Source: a bacterium (GTDB lineage Bacteria; SM23-31). Taken from it: a stretch of DNA of 64,000 nucleotides. The notes beneath the pieces were generated by a model. It saw only the letters and a list, made by a program, of their open reading frames with translations. It made no database searches and was not told where the DNA came from. A program made the position numbers and the translations under genes. Position 1 is the first letter of the stretch. Each line of letters begins with the position of its first letter. Of the stretch, positions 1-10,815 are shown piece by piece. Where the stretch lies: positions 1,600,001 through 1,664,000 of the forward strand of contig OZ252239.1 in assembly GCA_965249485.1 (NCBI GenBank). The letters run 5' to 3'.

Positions 1-1347
1 TTTAAAGAAAATCCGGAGCAGAGATATGTTTGGAGTGAAATCAAAGGAACTGAAATACATAATCAGGATATCGTACTGACGTCTCATCTGCAGGAAGAAA
101 AGACATCTGCAAACGATAATTCCAGCGGAAGTGCCAATATGGTTGAGATAGGTAGAACGATGATGCGGCTTATCAAAGAAGGCAGAATACCACGACCGAA
201 AAGGGATATTACGTTTTACTGGGCAAATGAAATAAGTAGCGAATATCAGTTTTTCAGCGATCATCCGGAAGAAAAAAATTCTATGCTTATCAATATCAAT
301 CAGGATATGGTTGGAGCAAAACAGAGTATGGGTTCTCGTGTTCAGCATATTATTAGGACGCCACATTCAATCCCGAGTTACTTAAGCGATGTTATTGAAA
401 GTATTACAGAATATGTAATAATGACCAACAGCGCTTTTCTTGCGGCAGGTGATGCAGGAACCCCACAGCCTTTTTCAAAACCAATCTATTCACATCTCGG
501 TACACGAGAACGGTATAATGCTATGATCGTACCTTATTTTGACAGTTCCGACCATTTAGTGTTTAACGAGGCTGTAGTCGGAGTACCGGGAGTTGGATTA
601 ATTAACTGGCCGGATACGTACATACATTCAACTGCCGATGATCTGGATAATATTGACCAGACTCAGCTCAAGAGGAATGCCTTTATTGTTGCTGCAACAG
701 CCCTATATATAGCAAATGCGGGAGATGAGGATGTTCCGGCAATTACATCGGAGGTGTATTCACGAGCATTAAAAAGAATTGCAAAAGATCTGAATACAGC
801 ATTAAACCACATACAAAAATCATCCAAAGACAATCAAAAACAAAGCTATGGAGAAGCAAAAAATTTAATTGCTCAGGCTATAATAAGGGAAACAAAAGCG
901 GTTGAATCTGTTCTGGTTTTTGCCGATTCTCCCGGAAGTAATTCGTATATACAAAAACGAATCAGTGATTTAGAAAATCGGGAAGATGATCTGATTGCAT
1001 CATTGGATGAATTGTATGTTCTTGTTTCCAATGACAAAAGAGTTCCCACGATAAAACTATCCGCCTTTGACAAAGAGATGGATTCAAAAATTCCTGTCAT
1101 CAAGGGGACAGTTGAGGAATACTTTCAGAGACGGGGACGAGTGCGAGGCGGAGGCAAATTACATGGTCTGATGACGTGGGAGTGTTATAATTTTTCAAAT
1201 GGTATTAATTCATACCTTGATATTTATAATGCTGTTCATGCCGAAGCGCTTTCTGCGGGCGAATTCTATTACGGTACGGTTACAAAACAGGCCGTCGCTG
1301 ACCTTCTTGATGCAGCCGTGGAGGCAGAAGTGTTACGACTGAAATAA
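1..1347 (+). CDS. M28-family metallopeptidase (5'-truncated by window edge)
   Basis: Frame is open from base 1 (FKENPEQRYVWSEIKG...TSHLQEEKTSANDNSSG). It contains the M28 motifs SH, ANDN.SG, NE, NQDMVG, SDH and YIHSTADD. Confidence 0.8.
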   Translation, partial: FKENPEQRYVWSEIKGTEIHNQDIVLTSHLQEEKTSANDNSSGSANMVEIGRTMMRLIKEGRIPRPKRDITFYWANEISSEYQFFSDHPEEKNSMLININQDMVGAKQSMGSRVQHIIRTPHSIPSYLSDVIESITEYVIMTNSAFLAAGDAGTPQPFSKPIYSHLGTRERYNAMIVPYFDSSDHLVFNEAVVGVPGVGLINWPDTYIHSTADDLDNIDQTQLKRNAFIVAATALYIANAGDEDVPAITSEVYSRALKRIAKDLNTALNHIQKSSKDNQKQSYGEAKNLIAQAIIRETKAVESVLVFADSPGSNSYIQKRISDLENREDDLIASLDELYVLVSNDKRVPTIKLSAFDKEMDSKIPVIKGTVEEYFQRRGRVRGGGKLHGLMTWECYNFSNGINSYLDIYNAVHAEALSAGEFYYGTVTKQAVADLLDAAVEAEVLRLK

Positions 1348-1502
1348 AGCAGCAGAAACATCAATGAGGAACTACACATAACTCGAAATCGTATATAACG
1401 GAAACGCAATTTAAGAGAATGTAACATTTTAGTTATGTTATATGCTGTTTGTTGTCTCGATCGTTAGCATATATATCTATATTTTGTAGAGGAATAAAAA
1501 AC

Positions 1503-2135
1503 ATGATACATTTCATATATAATAATATTGGAATTATTCTCTTGTGCACCGTTTTTTTGCTCGGTATTACGAGCAATGCTCATGGGGTAACAGATAAAAC
1601 GAATCCATTTGCGACTGAAAAGGCAATTTTCGCAGGTGGATGTTTCTGGTGTATGGAACCACCATATGATAAGCTGCATGGCGTTCTTTCGACGACATCC
1701 GGTTATATCGGTGGCCACAAGGAAAATCCCACGTATAAAGAAGTTTCCGCAGGAATTACGGGTCATACTGAAGCAGTTGAAATCGAGTACGATCCCGAAA
1801 AGATCGGATACGATGAGCTGCTCGAAGTTTTCTGGCGTAATATCGATCCAACCGTTAAAGACAGACAATTTTGTGATAAGGGAACGCAGTACCGTTCGGG
1901 GATATTTTATCTCAATGAAGAACAGAGGAAGCTCGCTGAGCAATCAAAAGATGCTCTTGAGAAAACCGGACAGTTCAAAACAATTTTTACCGAAATCACA
2001 CAATCCACAACGTTTTATCCTGCCGAAGAATACCATCAGGACTATTATAAGAAAAATCCGATACGGTATAAATTATATCGGTACGGATGTGGACGTGACA
2101 ACCGCCTTGAAGAAATCTGGGGTGATGAAAAATAG
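1503..2135 (+). CDS. msrA: Peptide-methionine (S)-S-oxide reductase MsrA with N-terminal signal peptide
   Basis: GGCFWC active site, GHTEAV and FYPAEEYHQDYY motifs, hydrophobic N-terminus ending NAHG. ATG at 1503 follows AGAGGA (the ORF track starts at 1449). Confidence 0.95.
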   Translation: MIHFIYNNIGIILLCTVFLLGITSNAHGVTDKTNPFATEKAIFAGGCFWCMEPPYDKLHGVLSTTSGYIGGHKENPTYKEVSAGITGHTEAVEIEYDPEKIGYDELLEVFWRNIDPTVKDRQFCDKGTQYRSGIFYLNEEQRKLAEQSKDALEKTGQFKTIFTEITQSTTFYPAEEYHQDYYKKNPIRYKLYRYGCGRDNRLEEIWGDEK

Positions 2136-2208
2136 TCCGGTTAGTTTTTCTAGTCCTCAGCCGTATTGAAGTGGGTACTATTCATTAGACAGAAAGATTA
2201 AATAAAGA

Positions 2209-2233
2209 AATGTGCGCCTCAAAGACGCACATT
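2209..2233. terminator. Hairpin between the convergent msrA and iorB-like genes
   Basis: Inverted repeat aatgtgcg...cgcacatt with an A-rich 5' flank, i.e. a U-rich tail on the minus strand. Confidence 0.55.
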
Positions 2234-2274
2234 CAACAAATATAATATTTATAATTGGATTAAAATGCTACTTA

Positions 2275-4425
2275 TTACACCTGCGCGAGTGCTTCTTTAA
2301 CACGCTTGGGTGTGAAAGGATGCTGGTAAAGCCGTGCTCCGGTTGCGTCGAAGAGTGCATTGCCAATTATAGCACTCATTGTTACAATTGCCGGTTCACC
2401 GCCGCCATGAGGCACTTTTTCTTCTGAATCAACAATAATCGTTTCAATTTTCGGTATCCATGAATAGCGGGGAATGTCGTATGAATCAAAATTGGTATTC
2501 GTCAATTCGCCGCCATTGAAAAACATCTCTTCAGTTAAAGAATAACCAAGTCCCATCGCTATGCAGCCTTCCATTTGAAGAATCGCACCTTCAGGATTGA
2601 TGACAAGCCCCATATCCTGCGCACACACGACCCGTTCGACTTTAATTGTTCCGTTCAATTCATCGACACTGATTTCAGCTATCGATGCAACGTAGGTTCC
2701 TGCGTCGATTCCGCAAGCGATTCCGTAACCGCGTCCACTCGGTGCTTTTGCCGGTGTCCAGCCAAATTTATCCGCTGTGGCTTTCAGGACACCGATAGCT
2801 CGTTTATCCGATGTGTTTTTCAACCGGAACTCAAGGGGATCGATACCCGCTTTTGCTGCCATAATATCGATTTGCGATTCGCGTGCAAAGGTATTCGTAT
2901 TTCCGCCGGGTGCTCTCCACGGTCCGGTATTGTACATATGAGAACCTTCGGGTGAGTCCATCCATCCGGCATAAACCGTTTGACGATTATTCGGAACATT
3001 GTAGAATTGATCCGAACCCCGCGGCCCGGCATAGTAAACATGGTAATCCCACAGACTCATGGTTCCATTCTTATCGATTCCTGATTTAATTTTCACGATG
3101 CTGGCAGGCCGGAAATTGTCATAAAAGAATTCTTCTTCCCGTGTCCAGAAAACCTGTACCGGTTTCCCGGTTATTCGTGCAAGTTTTGTCGCTTCTACGG
3201 ATTGCCTGCCGCCGGATTTTCCACCGAAACCGCCGCCGACATACGGAGTTCTGACACGGACATTTGCAGGTTTCATATTGAGTTCGCGTGCTATCCGTTC
3301 TTTATCACCGAAAGGAGTCTGTGACGATATCCAGATCTCAAGCTTGTCGCCTTCAAAATGTGCAACTGCAGTGTGCGTCTCCATTGGAGCATGTGCGACA
3401 TAACCTCCCGTAAAGGTGCTCTCGAACAGTTCATCAGACTCTTTTTTACCTGACTCGATCGATCCTTGATTTTCGATTTCTTCTCCGCGCGGGGATTTGC
3501 TGAGGAGGTGGTTGAAAATCGATATGTCGTCGACCGGTTCATCGGGAATGTCAAATTCAGATTTGATTGCATAGAGTGCATTTTCAGCTATTTCGGGGTC
3601 GGTATGCAATACTGCTACAATGTTATCCTCATTGACGACAATCACACCGTCCATTTTCTCGGCGGCAGATGTGTCAACATGTTCGAGAGTTGCACGTTGT
3701 GCCGGGGGACGGAGGAGCCGGGCATACAGCATACCGGGAAACCGAATATCTCCTGCATATTTCGCTTCACCAGTCACTTTTTCATGTGCATCGATCCGTG
3801 ATGTGTGCTGGCCGATTATTTTGAACTCATGTATTGCCTTTTCGACTGCTTTTTTATCGAGTTTTTTTGCAATTTTCTTGCCCTGAGCAAGTTCCGCATA
3901 TGAAACACGGTTGTTTTTATTTCCTTTTTGATACACCACACCGTTCTCAATAGTGAGCTTGTCGGTCGGAATATCGAGATGCTCGGATGCCAGATATGTC
4001 AGAACTGTCCGGGCTTCTGCTGCTGCCGCTTTGAAAACAGGACCGAAAAACCGGGTGGTCAGAGACCCGAATGTCCCCATATCCCACGGACAGAGGTCGG
4101 TGTCTCCCATAACCATTTTTATAGAATTGAGTGAAACATCCAGTTCTTCAGCCGCCGTCTGGGCAAGTGATGTCATTGCGCCCTGTCCCATCTCAATCTT
4201 CCCGGTGAAACAGGTTATCAAGCCATCCTCACCAATTCTGAGATAGGCGTTGAAATCGGTCGGGTAACTTCTTCGCTGCCGCTGGCTCAGCAATATGGAA
4301 GAGTCGCCGAGAACGCAGAAAATCACGATTCCTCCACCAATGGCTTTTAAAAAGCTTCGGCGTTTTAAGGCGGGCAATGCAGACCAATAACTTAATTCTA
4401 TATCTGAAAAATCCTCTAAATTCAT
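2275..4425 (-). CDS. Xanthine oxidase-family molybdopterin oxidoreductase large subunit (IorB-like), Tat-exported
   Basis: Tat motif LKRRSFLK; EMGQG, VGGGFGGK, WRAPG, NPEGAILQMEG and GGGEP motifs. Confidence 0.9.
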   Translation of the reverse strand: MNLEDFSDIELSYWSALPALKRRSFLKAIGGGIVIFCVLGDSSILLSQRQRRSYPTDFNAYLRIGEDGLITCFTGKIEMGQGAMTSLAQTAAEELDVSLNSIKMVMGDTDLCPWDMGTFGSLTTRFFGPVFKAAAAEARTVLTYLASEHLDIPTDKLTIENGVVYQKGNKNNRVSYAELAQGKKIAKKLDKKAVEKAIHEFKIIGQHTSRIDAHEKVTGEAKYAGDIRFPGMLYARLLRPPAQRATLEHVDTSAAEKMDGVIVVNEDNIVAVLHTDPEIAENALYAIKSEFDIPDEPVDDISIFNHLLSKSPRGEEIENQGSIESGKKESDELFESTFTGGYVAHAPMETHTAVAHFEGDKLEIWISSQTPFGDKERIARELNMKPANVRVRTPYVGGGFGGKSGGRQSVEATKLARITGKPVQVFWTREEEFFYDNFRPASIVKIKSGIDKNGTMSLWDYHVYYAGPRGSDQFYNVPNNRQTVYAGWMDSPEGSHMYNTGPWRAPGGNTNTFARESQIDIMAAKAGIDPLEFRLKNTSDKRAIGVLKATADKFGWTPAKAPSGRGYGIACGIDAGTYVASIAEISVDELNGTIKVERVVCAQDMGLVINPEGAILQMEGCIAMGLGYSLTEEMFFNGGELTNTNFDSYDIPRYSWIPKIETIIVDSEEKVPHGGGEPAIVTMSAIIGNALFDATGARLYQHPFTPKRVKEALAQV

Positions 4426-4437
4426 GGTTTTCCCCGT

Positions 4438-4896
4438 TTATTCTGCTGCGGTTTCGATTGCTTTAACCATACGGACATGCGCCCCGCACCGACACAGATT
4501 ATTTTCCATAGCGTCGATAATCTCTTCCCGAGTCGGGCTGGAATTGACTTGCAGAAGACTGTATGCCTGCATGATCTGGCCAGATGTACAGAATCCGCAC
4601 TGCATAGCGTTATGCTCGATGAACGCTTCCTGAATTGGATGCAGTTTCCCATTCTTTGCCAGACCCTCGATCGTGAGAACATTTTTCCCCTTCACATATT
4701 GTAAAGGATACTGACACGACCGAACAGGTTCCTTATCAACAAGCACAGTACACGCGCCACAGTAATTGATGCCGCAGCCGAATTTGGTCCCCGTCAGTTC
4801 CAAATCAGTACGGAGTACCCACAACAGACGCCTGCTCGTATCGGTTGTCATGCTGACAGGTTTCCTATTGAGATTAAATTGGATTGTCTCTACCAT
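4438..4896 (-). CDS. 2Fe-2S small subunit (IorA/CoxS-like)
   Basis: GTKFGCGINYCGACTV, QCGFCTSG and NLCRCG motifs. Confidence 0.93.
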   Translation of the reverse strand: MVETIQFNLNRKPVSMTTDTSRRLLWVLRTDLELTGTKFGCGINYCGACTVLVDKEPVRSCQYPLQYVKGKNVLTIEGLAKNGKLHPIQEAFIEHNAMQCGFCTSGQIMQAYSLLQVNSSPTREEIIDAMENNLCRCGAHVRMVKAIETAAE

Positions 4897-5337
4897 ATTT
4901 ATTCACTCTTTATGATTGGATTAATGGAGGGTGGTTGCATTTCTATTTACAAGTATATACAATCGAAGATAAACATACTTCAAAGAAATGCAACAAATTT
5001 TTTGGTGTCATCAATGAATTGAGATGCGGTGTCGCAGAGACTGCTGTGCAGACATGGATCACCGTACTAACACGTTCTGAGGGATGTTAAATCAATAATG
5101 AAAAAATGTATCTGGCATTAATAATTATTCCACATTCCAAACAGAAAAAACTATTGGCTGAATCTGTTTCCGCATGATTTATTCCTATTAAATAACAGAT
5201 AATGTTATTTAATTATTAGATATAGTGGTAATATTCTACCAGTACGTGGCGGATAAATAGCTGTATTGAACTGTGAAAAAAGTGGTGCTTGCTTCATTGT
5301 ATCGCTGTCTTTGTAATAAGCTGGTTTTGGAGGAATA

Positions 5338-6792
5338 ATGAACATTTTAGTCGTTGATGACGATCCGGGGATTCGGAACAGCTTATCATTATTTTTTACG
5401 AGTTACGGTCATAATACGATCGAATGCGAAAATGGGAAGATTGCCCTGAAAATACTGCGCAGTGAAAATATTCATATGGTGCTTTCCGACATTTTAATGC
5501 CTGAGATGGACGGTAAGGAACTGCTAAAACAAATTAAAAAAACAGAACGCCTCAAAGAATTAATTGTAGTGCTCGTAACGGGTCAAGGTGATGTGAAAAG
5601 TGCAGTTGATGCAATGAAAAACGGTGCTTATGATTATCTCCTTAAACCGGTGAATTTAAATGAGCTCTCCATACTAACAGAAAGAGTCGCTGAATATCTT
5701 ACACTGAAGGAAGAGAATAAAAACCTTACTGAGAATTTTGAAAAGAAAGTTGATGAAGCAACAAAAGACATTAAAAAGAAACTTGTCGATTTAAGAAAAG
5801 AATATGCCCGAGTTGTAAGCTCTTCGGAAATTGGCCTTTATTCAGATAAATTGAAACAGGTTTATAGCACTGCAAAAAGGTTGCACAAAAACCGCAAATT
5901 TCCTGTTCTCATCGAAGGTGAAACTGGAACGGGAAAAGAACTGGTAGCACGATATGTCCACTATGGTGACGGTGATGTTTCTACACCGTTCGTCGGAATA
6001 AATTGTGCGGCTATTAGTCCAAATCTGTTTGAAAGCGAACTTTTCGGATATGAACCGGGGGCATTTACTGGTGGAAATCCGAAAGGGCAGAAAGGGAAGA
6101 TCGAAGTAGCCGAAGAAGGCACCATTTTTCTCGATGAGATTTCTGAAATGTCAATCGAGTATCAAGCAAAACTGCTTCGTGTTATTCAGGAACGAGAGTA
6201 CTATCGTGTTGGCGGAATAAAAAAGAACACAACAAATGCCCGGTTTGTCTGCTCGACGAACCAGGATATAAAAAACAAAGTCCTTGAAGGAACTTTTCGA
6301 GAAGATTTATATTATCGGCTGAGTGTCGGTCACATATTTATTCCTCCTCTCAGAGATCGGAGTGAAGAAATAGAGCCGTTGGCGAAAATGTTTTTAATGC
6401 GACTAGGATCACAGAATATGACCCAATTTAAAGAAATCGATGTCGATGCATACAAAAAACTCAAAGAATATCATTGGCCCGGCAATGTTAGGGAATTGAA
6501 AAGTGTTGTAGAACGGGTTGCACTGCTCTACGATGATGAGATTATAACTGAGGATCATCTCGAAGCGGTATTCGATCACATGTCAAATCCAAAGTCTAAA
6601 GCTTCAGTGTCAAATGAACAATCTACCGACAAATTTGAATTTTCTAAGGATGGTGTTGATTTGAACAAATGGATATTAAGTAATATTCAAAAAGCTCTTG
6701 ATTTGAACAAGGGAAACAAGTCTGATACAGCCCGGTATCTTAATATATCCAGAAATGTTCTGTACACATATCTGAAGCACATAAAAAGCTAA
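5338..6792 (+). CDS. Sigma54-dependent response regulator (NtrC family: REC, AAA+, Fis-HTH)
   Basis: REC domain (VVDDD, SDILMP, KP); Walker A GETGTGKE; ESELFG; GAFTGG; Walker B FLDEI; WPGNVREL; C-terminal HTH. Confidence 0.95.
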   Translation: MNILVVDDDPGIRNSLSLFFTSYGHNTIECENGKIALKILRSENIHMVLSDILMPEMDGKELLKQIKKTERLKELIVVLVTGQGDVKSAVDAMKNGAYDYLLKPVNLNELSILTERVAEYLTLKEENKNLTENFEKKVDEATKDIKKKLVDLRKEYARVVSSSEIGLYSDKLKQVYSTAKRLHKNRKFPVLIEGETGTGKELVARYVHYGDGDVSTPFVGINCAAISPNLFESELFGYEPGAFTGGNPKGQKGKIEVAEEGTIFLDEISEMSIEYQAKLLRVIQEREYYRVGGIKKNTTNARFVCSTNQDIKNKVLEGTFREDLYYRLSVGHIFIPPLRDRSEEIEPLAKMFLMRLGSQNMTQFKEIDVDAYKKLKEYHWPGNVRELKSVVERVALLYDDEIITEDHLEAVFDHMSNPKSKASVSNEQSTDKFEFSKDGVDLNKWILSNIQKALDLNKGNKSDTARYLNISRNVLYTYLKHIKS

Positions 6793-6994
6793 TATTCTCC
6801 AGAACTATACTCTCATTACCAGATCAATATTTTTTTATTCTTCACCTCTGCTACTTTTTCATCACCTGTCTAAATTTATGCACTAATTAGTACAAATCCA
6901 CACACTATATCCACATTTCAATGTCGATATAATTTGATTTATTTAAACCTTAAACACAATAATTTCAAACACATAAGAATTTTTCGGTTTTAAA

Positions 6995-7010
6995 CGGCAT
7001 GATTTTGGCA
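6995..7010 (+). promoter_or_regulatory. Putative sigma54 (-24/-12) promoter
   Basis: CGGCATGATTTTGGCA has GG-N10-GC spacing. It lies directly downstream of the NtrC-type gene and upstream of the REC/Hpt/cheY/cheX genes. Confidence 0.5.
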
Positions 7011-7093
7011 TACTGTGTGTCAGATCATATCAGAATAATGTCTTTTTTGAACATTTTAAACATTAAGAACTATTTACTTGATATGAAGTTGAC

Positions 7094-7414
7094 GTGAGAT
7101 TTCTTTTTACAGATGATGAGATTTCTGATTTAGAAAGCATACAGAACGCACTGGAGGCTGAAAATCATGAATGTTTACTTTTCACAAATCCTCATGATGG
7201 ATTAATGACTTTTCAAAATGAGAAATATGATACTGTTATTACTGACTATAAATTGTCTGAAATGAAAGGCCTTGACGTGTTGAAAGTAGTGAGAAAACTT
7301 AACCAAAATGTGCCTGGGGTAATTCTAACAGAAAATGAGGAAGATGACAATTCTTTGAAGGGCTCTTCCCTTACTTCAATACAGGATACTGAAGAGGAGA
7401 AATTGAATGAGTAG
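7094..7414 (+). pseudogene. Truncated or degenerate single receiver-domain gene
   Basis: FTDDE and ITDYKLSEMKG REC motifs are present, but the C-terminal part with the conserved KP lysine is missing. Confidence 0.55.
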
Positions 7415-7841
7415 TAAAGAATCGTTTGATGAGAATGCCGAATTAATTCAATCTTTTACTACTGAAGGAGAAGAACTGCTCGATGATGTTGAGCCAAAGC
7501 TGATAGAATTACAGGAAAGTCTTGAAGAAAGCGGAGAGATCGATGTTGAGATTTTGAATGATATTTTCAGAATGTTTTATACACTTAAAGGCTCTGCTGG
7601 ATTTTTAGAACTCAACAATTTGCAGAGTGTTACACATGAAGCAGAAACGATTCTCGATTTATTCAGAAAAGGCATACTGAAACCTGAAAAGGACAATATT
7701 GACCTTTTGAGCAGAGCGTGCGATTTTATACGTACTGTAATGGTCTATATTAATGAAAACCTATGGCTATTAAGATGCTGCAGCAGAGCATGGCAAGAAA
7801 CTCTCAGACGTGTGTTCAGCTCACAGGAGCAAAAAGCCTGA
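7407..7841 (+). pseudogene. CheA-like Hpt (P1) domain only, with the phosphoacceptor His replaced by Tyr
   Basis: IFRMFYTLKGSAGF versus the consensus IFRxxHTLKG; no kinase domain follows. Confidence 0.7.
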
Positions 7842-7949
7842 ACCCGCTCCAGTTCCCCAACGGGAACCTATCTGGAGTGAAGAACCTAATCCGTAATCCT
7901 TTGCTGAAAAAGGTTCTCTAGGTGTTAATTATATAAAAGGGATTCAAAT

Positions 7950-8177
7950 AAAATCGATCATGTCCTTCGCGATATGATTATGTTCGAAATGGTTGGTCGT
8001 AAAAAATTTGTTCATATGAAAGAAATTAGTCCTGAGATTAAATCGATTCTTATGAGCGGAATCAGCAGGAATGTAAAACCGGATAAAATTTTGCGTGATG
8101 GACTCAGTGAATATGTGCAGAAACCGTTCATATTACATGAACTGTCAAAAGTAGTCGTTATAGTGATTGATAATTGA
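7950..8177 (+). pseudogene. C-terminal fragment of a receiver domain of hybrid-kinase type
   Basis: IDHVLRDMIMFEMVG...KSILMSG...YVQKPF; the N-terminal acidic pocket is missing. Confidence 0.55.
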
Positions 8178-8236
8178 TATAAATGAGAAGATTTAAATAT
8201 GAAGTTGAACAATCACTACACTCGGGAGATAGTATT

Positions 8237-8596
8237 ATGAAAGTTCTTGTCGTTGATGATTCTGTTACTATGAGAAGAATTATTATCAACAGCTTGAAAG
8301 ATTCCAGTTTTGACGATATTGTTGAAGCTGGAGATGGCCTTGAAGGTATGAGCAACATGGAAGAAATAGAATTGGTATTGACTGATTGGAATATGCCGGA
8401 AATGGATGGCCTCACCTTTGTGAAAGAGATCAGGAAAAGCCCGATGTATTCAACTGTGCCGATAATTATGATAACAACAGAAGGAGCAAAAAACGATGTC
8501 GTCGAGGCATTGAAAAGTGGTGTAAATAACTATGTGGTGAAACCATTTGATAAAGATACCCTTTTGAAAAAAGTTAAAGCAACATTAGAAGGTTAA
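8237..8596 (+). CDS. cheY: CheY-like single-domain response regulator
   Basis: VLVVDDS, LTDWNMPEMDG, ITTEG and YVVKPF motifs; ATG at 8237 follows GGGAG. Confidence 0.88.
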   Translation: MKVLVVDDSVTMRRIIINSLKDSSFDDIVEAGDGLEGMSNMEEIELVLTDWNMPEMDGLTFVKEIRKSPMYSTVPIIMITTEGAKNDVVEALKSGVNNYVVKPFDKDTLLKKVKATLEG

Positions 8597-8624
8597 CCTA
8601 TGAATTTCTATTTGAGAGGATTGT

Positions 8625-9101
8625 ATGAAGATTGATTTTATTAATCCATTCGTAAAAGCTGTTAATGCAACCATGGAAACTATGGTAGGTATTTCGGTAG
8701 AGAAGGAAAAACCATTTATCAAAGAAGGTCGTGATACAAGCGGTGATATAACAGGATTAATCGGTTTTGCTGAAAATAATATTGCTGGTTCGGTTGCACT
8801 GAGTTTTCCCAAGAATACAATATTTGAAATATTCAAATCTATGACTGGTACAGATCAATATGAAGAGGATAATGAACTGAATGATATTGTCGGTGAATTT
8901 ACTAATATCGTTGTTGGGGGTGCAAAAAAGGAGTTTGCTGAATTCGGTTTTTCATACAATATCAGTCTGCCTATGGTGGTGTCCGGGAAAGGTCACAGAA
9001 TCAAACATAAACACAACTATCCCATCATAGTTATTCCATTTAAATTTGGTGAAAACGGTTTTTTTATGGAAGTCAGTATGCACATGACGAATGGGAAATA
9101 A
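8625..9101 (+). CDS. cheX: CheX chemotaxis phosphatase
   Basis: FINPF N-terminus, DITGLIG, catalytic GEFTNIVVG (ExxN) and ISLPMVVSG motifs. Confidence 0.9.
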   Translation: MKIDFINPFVKAVNATMETMVGISVEKEKPFIKEGRDTSGDITGLIGFAENNIAGSVALSFPKNTIFEIFKSMTGTDQYEEDNELNDIVGEFTNIVVGGAKKEFAEFGFSYNISLPMVVSGKGHRIKHKHNYPIIVIPFKFGENGFFMEVSMHMTNGK

Positions 9102-9624
9102 TAATATTCTGTAATATCCCGGATTTTCTGAAACACAAGGAATTCTAATAAATGTGCTGGCTGAAACCAATGTTAAACATCGACAATACCGTACCAGTCT
9201 TTATAGTTTATTTTAGTTTTATATTTTTGGGATAATTTGGTAACCAGGTCAATTATCTCCAGTCCCCGGTTATCATCTGCGAGTTTCGGACAACCTGTTC
9301 GTGGTCCGGTCATTTCGAATGTTGTGGTATTAACTGAATTACAGCAATTTTTTTATCCCGTATAGTCAAACGCGGTACAATCGTCTGAAATTCCTGATGA
9401 ATATCCTGTTGCAGATCACGATTCCAGATGACTGAAGGAATCTCTGATGTTTTATACCTATTACTTTCACTTTAATATTCACATATACCTCTAATTCCCA
9501 CAATCGCAAGAATCGCTATCAAATACAGAAAAATAGTCAACACTATTGAAAATAAAAGAATATTAGTGTACACTAATACCGAAAATTCTTTCTGTTATGA
9601 CGATTCAGATGAAGGGATCAGATT

Positions 9625-10528
9625 ATGGTTACAAAATTGTTTTTGTCGTATCATTCACAATTGATTAAAATACTGCTGCTTGTGTTCTGTTTTTGTGCGT
9701 TTTTGTCATGCGGTTCCGGTTCAGAGCTGATCAATCGGATTGCTATCATTCCTGATCAACGAGAAATAATAGCGGTATTAACGGGGAGATCAGAAATCAG
9801 AGAAGGGATGAATCTTGACGACAGATTTGAAGAAGGCAACAGAGAGGAAGTCAGGGATTATCTTTTTTCAACGCTTCAAATATTGGGTTTGGAACCTGAA
9901 AGACACCGGTACTCTGATAAGGGAGAAAATATTTTGGAACGATACCAGCAACCATTACAAGTAGCGATTACGTTGTTCTAGGAGCGCATTTCGATTCGGT
10001 GGAGGAAAGTTCGGGGGCAAATGATAATGCATCGGGAGCGGCCCTCATATTCGGCGGAGCACAATACATTGCAGAGTTGAACATCAGCACAAAACATGTC
10101 ATTGTTGTATTTTTTGATGAAGAAGAACGGGGACTTGTCGGCAGCAGGCACTTTGCGGAAAAATTAGTGGTAGAAGGTATGACTATTCACTCGGTGTCCA
10201 TACAGCAGACCAGGTGGGTTGGGATAATGACGGCGATAGGGGGATAGAATTGGAGTTACCATATGACGGTATTGTAGATATCTACAGGAAGGTTGCGCGC
10301 TCAGAAGGTTTAGATATTCCTATTCACATTACCGACACACCTTCTACGGATCATTCATCATTCCGCACGGAGGGATTTAACGCTGTCGGTATTACCGAGG
10401 AATATGTGAACGATGATACGACGCCGTATTACCACGAACCGAGCGACGACTATGATACAATAGATTTTGAGTACTTAGAAACGGTAACATTTCTTTTTGC
10501 TAAAGTGATCGAGAGTATTATTGATTAG
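9625..10528 (+). CDS. M28 peptidase lipoprotein interrupted by two frameshifts (near 9932-9935 and near 10195)
   Basis: Joining the three ORFs restores the lipobox FLSC, GAHFDS, GANDNASG, DEEE, DQVG, STDH and YYH..SD in the correct order. Confidence 0.8.
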
Positions 10529-10815
10529 AATTTACAGAAAAATTGTGAGCGTGACACTATAACGATCTGCTGAAAACAATTGTTCTTAACCACAATATTC
10601 TCAATAATATATAGACCATTATCAATGTAATGAATACGTTAATCTGGATAAGTATATACAAATTTGGCGTAGATATTTTTCTTGTTGATTAAGGAGCATA
10701 CTATTCAACTGTTATCAGAATCAATTGAAATAATAATTTTGGAACTATCTCATTGATGATTTATGTTCATTAGTTTTGTGTAATTAATCAGATAGCCACC
10801 AAAAAAAGCAACTTT

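Noticed and set aside
1503..2135. MsrA as a second selenoprotein
   Set aside because: The active site is GGCFWC with TGT codons and there is no in-frame TGA.
9180..9460. Possible gene remnant on the minus strand
   Set aside because: Short, stop-interrupted frames with no motif I can recognise; BLASTx would be needed.
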